Source: Limisphaerales bacterium (lineage in GTDB: Bacteria > Verrucomicrobiota > Verrucomicrobiia > Limisphaerales > JAJOIW01). From it: a stretch of 26,178 nucleotides of DNA. The translations under genes and the position numbers were made by a program. The stretch is from contig CBFHOE010000012.1 in assembly GCA_965657355.1 (NCBI GenBank), positions 56,760 to 82,937 on the forward strand, given 5' to 3'. This document shows, in pieces, positions 6,390-14,454 of the stretch (within the stretch, counting starts at the first letter, position 1; each line of letters starts with the position of its first letter). The notes beneath the pieces are model-generated. The model did no database searches and had not been told where the DNA came from. It saw only the letters and a list, made by a program, of their open reading frames with translations.

Positions 6390-9245
6390 TTAGTTTAAGT
6401 ATCTAAAGTCTATCGACTGAAACAAAGTGAGTATGACTTGTTCCCATCTCAGTTCTCTTGTCGACCCCGTGGAATTACCCACAAAACTTGTGATATATTG
6501 TTTTTCATTTAAATAAGGTTTTCTTCCTAGGATTTTTAAATAAAGCTTATCGATATCAACGACATTTTCCTGGTTTTTAAATGTTTTATAAGTTTTCTTG
6601 GCTTGTTCGATAACGAATGGGCTGTTCATCATGAGAAGTGCCTGAGGAGCAACTGCGCTTGCTGTTCTTTTTCCAGTTTGGATGTTGGGGTCAGCAAAAT
6701 CAAATGTCTGAAAAATCTCAGGAAGGGTGTTTCTAAAAACCGGTATATACACACTACGTCTGGTCGTATCAAAAACATATCCATATTCAATCGACGTTCC
6801 TTTTTTGATATTTGATCCCCCTTTTTTTAAGTCTAAGCTTCCTGAAAAGTAGAGCAGAGCGTCTCGTATGCTTTCAGCATCAAGTCTTTTGCGAGGCATC
6901 CGCCACAATAATTTATTGTCTGGGTCCTGGGATTTTGCATTGGAATCTATATGTGTGCCCAATTGATAGACTCGGCTAGTCACTATTTCCTTAATTAATT
7001 TTTTAACTGACCAATCAAGGTCAATAAACCTTTGAGCAAGATAATCGAGCAGTTCTGGGTGTGTTGGTTTATCGCCGGTCGTCCCAAAATTATCCACACT
7101 TCTGACAATTCCTTCTGTAAATAGCCATGACCAAACGCGATTGACCATAACCCTAGAAGTTAACGGGTGATTTTCATTGCTGATCCACCTGGCCAACTCA
7201 AGACGACCACTTGAATTATCTGGAACAAACGAGTGCCCTTCGATAGACGCAACCTTAAGAAAACCTCTTGGCACTATTGGACCCTTATTACTTACGACGC
7301 CCCTTATTGCAATGGGGATATCTTCGATTTTTTTTGACTCTTCTACTGCCATCACAGTGGGCAAAGCCGGGCTCATATCTTTTAGCTCTTTGATCTTGTC
7401 CTCAATCGATTTAATTTTTTTAGCGAGTTTCGAAGCCTGGATTTTTTGGAGGGTTTCCTTTTTTTGTTCTTGGGTTTTCGCAAGTTTGGCAGCTCGAATA
7501 GGTTTAAATGCTATCGCATCTGCTATAACTACTTTGTTTTCGCCTTTGACACCAGAGTTAGATATACGCACGGCACACGGTTTCTCCGGCGCACATTCGA
7601 AAACTCCGAGCTTTTCAATGGTATCGCTTTGGGTGCCCTTTTTGCTCTGGTCTACACTAATCTCTGATTTCCCATTAAAGTGCTCAATCTTAACCTTAAC
7701 TTTTGAGTGACGATTACCCGATGAAGTATAAGAAATAAAAATTTCGTATTTGCTCTTTTCTTGGATGTTAGGTCTAAAAGTGACCGAATGGGTTTCAGTT
7801 GGACTCATCTGAGTGAAAATATAGTCATCACCGATGAATCCTTTTACTGCTGTAGAATTTTTCCACGTGCCATTAACTATCGCCTCAGAATTATCAACTA
7901 TAATGGCCTCACCAAAGTTGAAATTTCTAACACTTTCATTATTCAGTATCTTCTGCTCATCTTTTAGTTTCTTAAGATCAGAATCTAAAGATGAAATTTT
8001 TTGTTGGAATGATTTTGCAAGAGTAAGTTTTTCAGGGGACGCAGGAAGTTGCCTTTTATTCCATGTCGAAACATTATTATGAACGACCGACTTAGTGCTC
8101 TTGAATATTCCTGCCATGGCGTAATAATCAGCCGTTGGAATAGGGTCGAATTTATGATCGTGGCACCGAGCACAATTTAATGTCATACCCATAAATGATT
8201 TCCCGAGTGTGTCCATCTGCTCGTCAATAATGTCCATCTCGAGTATATCTTTATCCTGTAGCTCGTAGTTCGTTGGCCCCAATAAGAGGAATGATGTCGC
8301 TGTGATCTTTTGAGCCTCATCATGCCAATTATCGGAGTGGAGTAAATCTCCAGCTATTTGTTCCTGGACAAATTTATCGTAAGGAAGATCATTGTTAAAT
8401 GATTGTATAACATAGTCTCGATACCTCCATGCATCAGGAAAGAGCAAAGTTCTACCTCCTCCACTTGATTCTGCAAAACGCACGACGTCTAACCAATGCC
8501 TTCCCCACCGCTCTCCGAAGTGTGAGGATGAGAGAAGTTTGTCGACTATAACCTCGTAGGCAGTTTGGCTCTTGTCATTAACAAATGATTCAACTTCAGC
8601 AGCTGATGGAGGGAGGCCTATTAAATCAAAATAAATCCGACGAATGAGTGCCTCCCGTGAGGCGTCTTGGACTGGACGTATTCCTTTCTCCTGAAGTTTT
8701 TCAAGTATGTAAAAGTCGATCTTAGAGATCGGCCAAATGTCTTTGGATGTCAATCGGGGCTCCTCAACATTTACTGGTCTAAAAGACCAAAACTTTTTTC
8801 CCTCCTCGATCGAAATAGTTTCTTTTTTCTGATTGGAAAGAGAGTCGTTGTTTCTTGGGTCGTACGCCCCATGTGAGATCCACGCTTTGAAGTCGTCAAT
8901 CACTTGACCGGACAACTTACCGTCAGGAGGCATTTCCAATTCTTTGCTTTCGTATTCAACGGCTTTAAAAACTAGGCTATCCTCAGGCTTTTTAGGATAA
9001 ATAGCTTGGCCGGAGTCTCCGCCAATTTGCCAGCCCTGTTTGAAATCCAGTCTAAGGCCTCCTTTTTGTTTTTTTTCACCGTGGCACTCGATACAGTGCT
9101 CTATGAGCACCGGTCTAATCTTACTTTCGAAAAAACTGACGTGCTCTTGTGTCGGCTTACCTATTGCGGGTGACGATAAAACAATAATGGAAATAATAAA
9201 AGAGCTCTGGAGAATCCAGTGATAGAATTTCCGAAAGATGAACAT
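6390..9245 (-). CDS. PSD1 and planctomycete cytochrome c domain protein (PSCyt1 + DUF1549/PSCyt2 + golvesin/CBM-like insert + DUF1553/PSD1)
   Basis: FFESKIRPVLIEHCIECHG..GGLRLD..MPP (PSCyt1); LIRRIYFDLIGLPP, HFGERWGRHWLDVVRFAES, CARCHDHKFDPI (DUF1549); GRLELARWI, NRVW, PTHPELLDYLA, RLDAESIRD, FDFADP, PQAL.MMN (DUF1553). Two CxxCH motifs and a signal peptide. Confidence 0.93.
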   Translation of the reverse strand: MFIFRKFYHWILQSSFIISIIVLSSPAIGKPTQEHVSFFESKIRPVLIEHCIECHGEKKQKGGLRLDFKQGWQIGGDSGQAIYPKKPEDSLVFKAVEYESKELEMPPDGKLSGQVIDDFKAWISHGAYDPRNNDSLSNQKKETISIEEGKKFWSFRPVNVEEPRLTSKDIWPISKIDFYILEKLQEKGIRPVQDASREALIRRIYFDLIGLPPSAAEVESFVNDKSQTAYEVIVDKLLSSSHFGERWGRHWLDVVRFAESSGGGRTLLFPDAWRYRDYVIQSFNNDLPYDKFVQEQIAGDLLHSDNWHDEAQKITATSFLLLGPTNYELQDKDILEMDIIDEQMDTLGKSFMGMTLNCARCHDHKFDPIPTADYYAMAGIFKSTKSVVHNNVSTWNKRQLPASPEKLTLAKSFQQKISSLDSDLKKLKDEQKILNNESVRNFNFGEAIIVDNSEAIVNGTWKNSTAVKGFIGDDYIFTQMSPTETHSVTFRPNIQEKSKYEIFISYTSSGNRHSKVKVKIEHFNGKSEISVDQSKKGTQSDTIEKLGVFECAPEKPCAVRISNSGVKGENKVVIADAIAFKPIRAAKLAKTQEQKKETLQKIQASKLAKKIKSIEDKIKELKDMSPALPTVMAVEESKKIEDIPIAIRGVVSNKGPIVPRGFLKVASIEGHSFVPDNSSGRLELARWISNENHPLTSRVMVNRVWSWLFTEGIVRSVDNFGTTGDKPTHPELLDYLAQRFIDLDWSVKKLIKEIVTSRVYQLGTHIDSNAKSQDPDNKLLWRMPRKRLDAESIRDALLYFSGSLDLKKGGSNIKKGTSIEYGYVFDTTRRSVYIPVFRNTLPEIFQTFDFADPNIQTGKRTASAVAPQALLMMNSPFVIEQAKKTYKTFKNQENVVDIDKLYLKILGRKPYLNEKQYITSFVGNSTGSTRELRWEQVILTLFQSIDFRYLN

Positions 9246-9332
9246 CTTGAAATAATAGCCAATATCAACAAAAAATAAATACTTTTGACGATATTAAAAG
9301 CCCAATCGATTTGGCATAATTTCCCCTCTAAT

Positions 9333-10739
9333 TTAATTCAATCTTAAAACTTGAGAAGTCTCCAATGTTTTTGCCGGTCGCTGTTGGAGACCTGGTATAT
9401 TTTCATTGCCAAGCATTCGCGATGCCTCGATAGCTTTGAGTTTGAATTGCTCAACTAATTCTGGGTGCTTTTGCGAAAGGTCTACACTCTCAGTGATGTC
9501 GTCGTTAAGATTGATCAGTTTGCCTCTCCTGCCTTTTCCTACATTTTTTGGGGACGTCCATTGAGGAAAAGTCTTCTCAAGGGGGAGGTGATATTTCCAG
9601 TGTCCGCTTCGAATTGCTTGAAGTTGTCGCCGCCGGTAATAATAAAATTCAGTGTATTGAGATTTTGCCTTCGATCTTTGAAAAAGAAGGTCTGATATAT
9701 CGAATCCATCAATTTTTTTAGATGGTCGAGGCCCTCCAGCTATGGCGTTAAAAGTTGGAAAGAGATCCATCATGGTTGCTAATTCACGGCAAATGGAACC
9801 TGGTTTTATCTTACCTGTCCATTGGACGATCATCGGCACTCGCATACCTCCTTCCATTGTGCTTCCTTTTGCTCCCGCTAATGGAGCATTTGATCCACCA
9901 TTTCTGCCATTTGAACCATTATCAGATGTGAAGATAACCATGGTGCTTTCGCTTAGATTATTCCTCTCGAGTGCGTCGAGGATTTGCCCAGTTGACCAAT
10001 CGATTTCCTCAACAGAATCTCCGTAAATACCATTAGCACTCTTTCCTTTAAACTTCTCAGAGGCAAAAAGTGGAAGATGAGGAAAAGTATGAGGTAGATA
10101 GATGAAGAATGGGCGGTCTTTATTCTCATTTATGAATTGCAAAGCTCTTTGAGTATATTTCTTCGTGAGCTGTGATTGGTCTGCGGGTGCTTCAATCACT
10201 TTTGTTCCTTCAACAAGAGGTAGGGGAGGGTCGCCTCTACCGGCTGATTGCATGTCATTTGAATAGGGTATGCCAAAGTATTCATCAAAGCCGTGAGATG
10301 TGGGGAGGTGGTCTGGCTGGTCCCCAAGATGCCATTTCCCGACGCAAATCGTTTTATAACCTACAGACTTCAAGGCCTCAGCCATTGTCAGCTCGGATGG
10401 ATGCATTCCTCTTCTGCTTCCTGGGATTAAAACCCAATGTCCCGTGAAATCCTCGTGCATGCCTATCCTTCTAGGATAGCATCCTGTCATTAAGCTCGAT
10501 CGCGATGGTGTGCAAACGGGACTGCTGGAATAGAAGTCTGTAAATTTCATTCCATCTTGAGCCATGCGATCGATATTGGGTGTTCTAATTTTGTTCGAGC
10601 CATATGTTCCCAAATCTCCGTAGCCCAAGTCGTCACAGAAAATGACGATAAAGTTAGGTTGATCATTTGCTTCGGCCTCTAAATTTCCCAATACTACTGT
10701 GCAAAGAAGCACGAACAAAAACGATGTCGGGGATTTCAT
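9333..10739 (-). CDS. Formylglycine-dependent (S1 family, Cys-type) sulfatase, arylsulfatase A/GALNS-like, exported
   Basis: Signal peptide; PNFIVIFCDDLGYGD; CTPSRSSLMTG (CxPxR); GKWHLG; GFDEYFGIPYSNDM; PHLPL; FTSDNG; KGSTMEGGMRVP. Confidence 0.96.
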   Translation of the reverse strand: MKSPTSFLFVLLCTVVLGNLEAEANDQPNFIVIFCDDLGYGDLGTYGSNKIRTPNIDRMAQDGMKFTDFYSSSPVCTPSRSSLMTGCYPRRIGMHEDFTGHWVLIPGSRRGMHPSELTMAEALKSVGYKTICVGKWHLGDQPDHLPTSHGFDEYFGIPYSNDMQSAGRGDPPLPLVEGTKVIEAPADQSQLTKKYTQRALQFINENKDRPFFIYLPHTFPHLPLFASEKFKGKSANGIYGDSVEEIDWSTGQILDALERNNLSESTMVIFTSDNGSNGRNGGSNAPLAGAKGSTMEGGMRVPMIVQWTGKIKPGSICRELATMMDLFPTFNAIAGGPRPSKKIDGFDISDLLFQRSKAKSQYTEFYYYRRRQLQAIRSGHWKYHLPLEKTFPQWTSPKNVGKGRRGKLINLNDDITESVDLSQKHPELVEQFKLKAIEASRMLGNENIPGLQQRPAKTLETSQVLRLN

Positions 10740-10801
10740 AGTTCTATAGTGACAAGTTCTCGTTCATCCTGCCAGAACCAAAATTGAAAGACTTAATTAT
10801 T

Positions 10802-12247
10802 TTAACCGGACGCTGATATTCTTTGTAAATCAGCTCTAGTATCTCGATAAGACTTTGAAAAATTTAATTCTTTTTGGTTTGGCGAGATTTGCGAAATTTT
10901 ACAAAATTCAAGATAGAGTTCTGGCCACCAATTACGGTGTTTTGTAAGTTTTTCTTTTTCCCACTGCTCCCAATCCGAAACGACTTTATCCCAGCATTGG
11001 CTCCCGAATCTAGCAGCCTTGTCTACTGATTCAAAATCCGTAACATACCAATCGCGGCCTATGCGCGCGTGAAGAACTTCATCAGCCCAATCAAAATCTT
11101 GGAATAATTCACAAAGTGCATCCCCTGAGATTTTACCCACTTCCCACTCGTATCTTTTACCGGTCTTGGACATGAGTCCTTGTTCAATAAACCAGAGCAC
11201 AGCGTGGCGTTCTCGTGCTGATAATTGTTCATTAAGCTCCTTCGACCATGTAAAATTGATCTTGATAAACTTGGGCCAATCTATTTTCAACTTGTGAAAT
11301 CCAACTTCGCCCATCATAGCATGTCTCGCTTCATCCCAGAGCTGCCGAGTCATGTCCTGGTGAAACAACCACGGTTTCTCTTTAGATTCTGCAATAATTG
11401 AAGCCATCATTTCTGGAACATCGATCTCCCTCAGCCTTTTGAAATACATCATCAAAGTTTTCGATTTAGCCGAGAAACTTGGATCGTATAAGAATTCTTC
11501 GGCGTGCACTCCCATGTTGTATGGGTCGTCAAATCTAATGTCACGTTTCGGAGAGAAATCGTAATTGTAATCCGATTTTGCAAATTTTCTTTCTGGTGGG
11601 GCCTCAGGTTTAGACTCGTTCCCTAAGATGCCGCCGGCACAGGACAGAAAACAACCAAGTGTCCCTTCCCAATCTTTTAATTCAAAGTCATTTATGATGT
11701 GGGCATTAAATGCCGAGATCATGTCATTTCCGCAGGTGACCATATCCTCAATATCTGAAATCATCGAGGTGAGGATTCTTCTAGAAGGTGCATCGGCTAG
11801 AGGGTGGGTTTCTTGAAGATGCAATTTGGCAGCGTCTTTTAATTTAGGTAAAGCACATTTGTAGATTCCTATTATGAGTTGGTGCGTTTCTGGGGCAGAG
11901 AGTATTTCGTCATAGAATGCCTCCAAATGATTGTCTGGAATTTTTTCCAGACCGAGTGGCGGATGCCGCATTTCTGCCACTCTGTCTCTAATGGCAGAAA
12001 TTTTTTCAGCACATAGATGAGAATGATGGCTGAAACACATTTTTAACTCATAGATTGGTTCTGCTGTAAGTCTCGAGACGAAAATATTCCAAATCCGATG
12101 AAATGAATAATGGATTCTTTTTAATCTCTCTACGCAAACATCAACGGCAAGGCCAGGTCTTGTTGCTTCCTCCAATGAGCAAAGTCCAGCCACTTGCGGT
12201 AATTTACCGAAATCAATTTTGCTCTGGTATTCGTGGGAACTGCTCAT
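10802..12247 (-). CDS. Uncharacterised ferritin-like (DUF455-related) diiron-carboxylate protein with tandem four-helix bundles
   Basis: The C-terminal half has spaced ligands LREIDVPE, QLWDEARHAMMG, FIEQGL and DWADEVLHARIG (two ExxH motifs). The N-terminal half shows a degenerate similar helix pattern (ELKMCFSHHSHLCAEKISAIRDRVAEMR). No signal peptide. The track start at 12265 is TTG; the ATG at 12247 is more likely. Confidence 0.7.
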   Translation of the reverse strand: MSSSHEYQSKIDFGKLPQVAGLCSLEEATRPGLAVDVCVERLKRIHYSFHRIWNIFVSRLTAEPIYELKMCFSHHSHLCAEKISAIRDRVAEMRHPPLGLEKIPDNHLEAFYDEILSAPETHQLIIGIYKCALPKLKDAAKLHLQETHPLADAPSRRILTSMISDIEDMVTCGNDMISAFNAHIINDFELKDWEGTLGCFLSCAGGILGNESKPEAPPERKFAKSDYNYDFSPKRDIRFDDPYNMGVHAEEFLYDPSFSAKSKTLMMYFKRLREIDVPEMMASIIAESKEKPWLFHQDMTRQLWDEARHAMMGEVGFHKLKIDWPKFIKINFTWSKELNEQLSARERHAVLWFIEQGLMSKTGKRYEWEVGKISGDALCELFQDFDWADEVLHARIGRDWYVTDFESVDKAARFGSQCWDKVVSDWEQWEKEKLTKHRNWWPELYLEFCKISQISPNQKELNFSKSYRDTRADLQRISASG

Positions 12248-12435
12248 GCGATCATTGTCAAACAATTGCCCTAAAATTCAACAAATTGAAGGTATTTTTT
12301 TCAGGCTTGATATCGCAGGCTCACATTTAAAGGATTAATGCCGTGAACTAACTTAGTTTTTTGGGCGTGTGGCCTCGAAGCAGACATACCGCCTGGAGCC
12401 TGTAGATGAATAAGCAAGTCCGGGGGGGATTAGGA

Positions 12436-12511
12436 TGGTGGAGCCGAGGGGAGTCGAACCCCTGACCCCCACAATGCCATTGTGGTGCTCTACCAACTGA
12501 GCTACGACCCC
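12436..12511 (-). tRNA. tRNA-Ala (anticodon GGC)
   Basis: Reverse complement GGGGTCGTAGCTCAGTTGGTAGAGCACCACAATGGCATTGTGGGGGTCAGGGGTTCGACTCCCCTCGGCTCCACCA: a 76-nt cloverleaf with the G3-U70 alanine identity pair, anticodon arm CCACA-ATGGCAT-TGTGG (the A32/U38 typical of Ala-GGC), T-loop TTCGACT and an encoded CCA. Confidence 0.98.
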
Positions 12512-12531
12512 ATCCATTAAAAGGAAGACCG

Positions 12532-12560
12532 AATATGATTTAATGGCAAACAGGTGTCAA
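12532..12560 (-). promoter_or_regulatory. Sigma70-type promoter for tRNA-Ala
   Basis: Minus strand TTGACA (12560-12555), 17-nt spacer, CATATT (12537-12532), ending 20 nt upstream of the mature tRNA 5' end, with an AT-rich stretch upstream of the -35. Confidence 0.7.
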
Positions 12561-12582
12561 ATATTTTCGATAAGTGCCAGTA

Positions 12583-13128
12583 TTAGCCTAGGCCTAGGAT
12601 CTTTTTGCCTTCCGCAGAAATCATGGATTGGTGCCATGGCGGGTCCCAAATGACTTCGACCGAAGCATCGTGAATTCCTTCAAGTGCCATAATTCTATCT
12701 TGTGCGTCTTGTGCAATAACTGGACCCATCCCACAACCCGGAGCCGTCAGTGTCATCTTGACGTAAACTACCCGTTTGTCTTCTTCTTCTTTAATAACCA
12801 AATCATAGACTAATCCCAAATCTACAATGTTGACTGGGATTTCGGGATCAAACACCGACTTTAATGCTTCCCAAATGGTTTGCTCATCTGCTGGGACTTG
12901 GGGCTTCGAATCATCAGGATGATTATCGGTGCCAGTTTTTTTAACTTCAATACCCAGCGCATCTGTATGTTCAGACGGGATCCGAAAAAGGCCGCCTGGC
13001 GCCCGAACGGTGTAGGAACCACCTAAGGATTGGGTGATGACCACCTCCGTATTTTCAGGAAGGGTGATTTCCGTGCCAGAGGGGATGGTGATTGCCGGGC
13101 AATCTCTAGATAATCTAATTTCTTCCAT
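12583..13128 (-). CDS. sufT: Putative Fe-S cluster assembly protein SufT (long form, DUF59/MIP18 domain)
   Basis: N-terminal RDCPAITIPSG...VVITQSLGGSYTV...LFRI....DALG of long SufT, then DUF59 motifs VFDPEIPVNIVDLGLVY, MTLTAPGCGMGPVI and WDPPW. The start is placed at ATG 13128 (MEEIRLSRDC) rather than the track start at 13185. Confidence 0.9.
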   Translation of the reverse strand: MEEIRLSRDCPAITIPSGTEITLPENTEVVITQSLGGSYTVRAPGGLFRIPSEHTDALGIEVKKTGTDNHPDDSKPQVPADEQTIWEALKSVFDPEIPVNIVDLGLVYDLVIKEEEDKRVVYVKMTLTAPGCGMGPVIAQDAQDRIMALEGIHDASVEVIWDPPWHQSMISAEGKKILGLG

Positions 13129-13254
13129 TTTGGTCAAAGGTAACATGAGGCATCCGCTTCGAAAGTGGAAAATGACTTTTTGCAATTTTTAAAACTGCAC
13201 CTTCTCGGACGATTTCAAAATTGTTTAACCAATATATTGAGATAAAGTGGAGGC

Positions 13255-14442
13255 ATGAAACCACTTTTTTCTCTTTTTAAAATTGCAGTATTTCATGTCG
13301 TGGCCATAGCTGCATCGTCTTCCTACGGGGCTGCCGGTTTTCTGACTGAGGAAATCGATAGCGATGTCGCCATAGGTTACGGTGTCTCACTGGCCGATAT
13401 TAATGGAGATGGCAAAACAGATATTGTACTTTGCGATAAAAACGATATCTATTGGTATAAAAGCCCTGATTGGAAAAAACACCGGATTGCTCACAATTTA
13501 ACAAAAAGAGACCATGTTTGCGTGGATGCTCTCGATTTAGATGGTGACGGGAAAGCAGAAATAGCTGTCGGAGCTGAATGGAATCCAGGAGACACTTTAA
13601 ATAGTGGAAGTCTTCATTATCTCATTCCGCAGGAAGATAAAACAAAAAGCTGGTCACCGATTCGACTGCCGCACGAACCCACTACTCACCGCGTTCGCTG
13701 GATAAAAGGTCCGCATAATTCCAATCAACTCCTGGTGGTCCCCCTCCATGGGAGAGGAAACAAAGGAGGAAAGGGCGTAGGAGTTAAAATCGAGGCCTAT
13801 TCCTGGCCTAAGAGGCCTGAGAGCCATTGGGTAAGAACACTTGTGAACGGAGATCTACACATGACTCACAATGTCGACCCAATTCAAATGGATTCCGACC
13901 CTGAAAACGAAATACTTATTTGTGCCACCGAGGGAGTTTTCTTGGCTGACTGGAAAAACGGACGATGGGAAAATGAGCAACTCGCAGGAAAAGAAGTCGG
14001 GCATGAAAATTTTATCGGTGCTAGTGAAGTTCGCCACGGAAAGCTTCCAGAGTCAAAAAACTACTTCGTGACTGTGGAATCCTTCCACGGAAACAATTTG
14101 GTTCTCTACAAACAAAAAGCAGATAAATCGTATGGTCGGCAAATTATTTTTTCCAAAATGAGTGGAGGGCATGCTGTCGCCACGGGAGATTTTCTCAATT
14201 CTGGGTACGACCAGATAATTTTTGGTTGGAGAAACAAATTAAGAAATGCAACCTATGGAATCCAAATCGCGACACTGGAAGCCTCAACTGGTCAATGGAA
14301 ATTCCAATGGATTGATGAAGGCGGCCTCGCTGCTGAAGATATTAAAGTTGCTGATCTTGACAACGACGGGGATCTTGATTTTGTAGCTTCAGGAAGGTCT
14401 TCCAATAACCTAAGAATCTATTGGAATGAATTAAACAAATAA
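13255..14442 (+). CDS. Exported FG-GAP/VCBS beta-propeller resembling the aldos-2-ulose dehydratase (AUDH) propeller domain
   Basis: Signal peptide; DINGDGKTD, DLDGDGKAE and DLDNDGDLD repeats; His motifs PTTHRVRW, HMTHNV, VESFHGNNLVLY and GGHAVA in the order I recall for the fungal AUDH propeller. Confidence 0.75.
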   Translation: MKPLFSLFKIAVFHVVAIAASSSYGAAGFLTEEIDSDVAIGYGVSLADINGDGKTDIVLCDKNDIYWYKSPDWKKHRIAHNLTKRDHVCVDALDLDGDGKAEIAVGAEWNPGDTLNSGSLHYLIPQEDKTKSWSPIRLPHEPTTHRVRWIKGPHNSNQLLVVPLHGRGNKGGKGVGVKIEAYSWPKRPESHWVRTLVNGDLHMTHNVDPIQMDSDPENEILICATEGVFLADWKNGRWENEQLAGKEVGHENFIGASEVRHGKLPESKNYFVTVESFHGNNLVLYKQKADKSYGRQIIFSKMSGGHAVATGDFLNSGYDQIIFGWRNKLRNATYGIQIATLEASTGQWKFQWIDEGGLAAEDIKVADLDNDGDLDFVASGRSSNNLRIYWNELNK

Positions 14443-14454
14443 GGGCTTAAAACA

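Noticed and set aside
7177..7710. 177-aa + strand ORF and the other short antisense or alternate-frame ORFs in the track (e.g. 808-1068, 1874-2173, 9742-10026, 15535-15882, 20973-21287, 23415-23756, 24678-24974)
   Set aside because: All lie within or mostly overlap well-supported genes, have no recognisable motifs, and are the expected shadow ORFs.
12103..12330. 75-aa + strand ORF overlapping the start of the ferritin-like gene
   Set aside because: Mostly antisense to a supported CDS, with no motif.
12371..12400. SRP RNA (because of GAAGCAG)
   Set aside because: The conserved helix-8 motif (CAGG-x-CC-GGAA-GG-x-AGCAG) is absent on both strands.
12394..12445. Repeat of the tRNA 3' sequence GGCTCCA about 40 nt downstream, as a possible att site or genomic island boundary
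   Set aside because: Only 7 nt match, there is no integrase, and I saw no longer tRNA-end duplication in the window.
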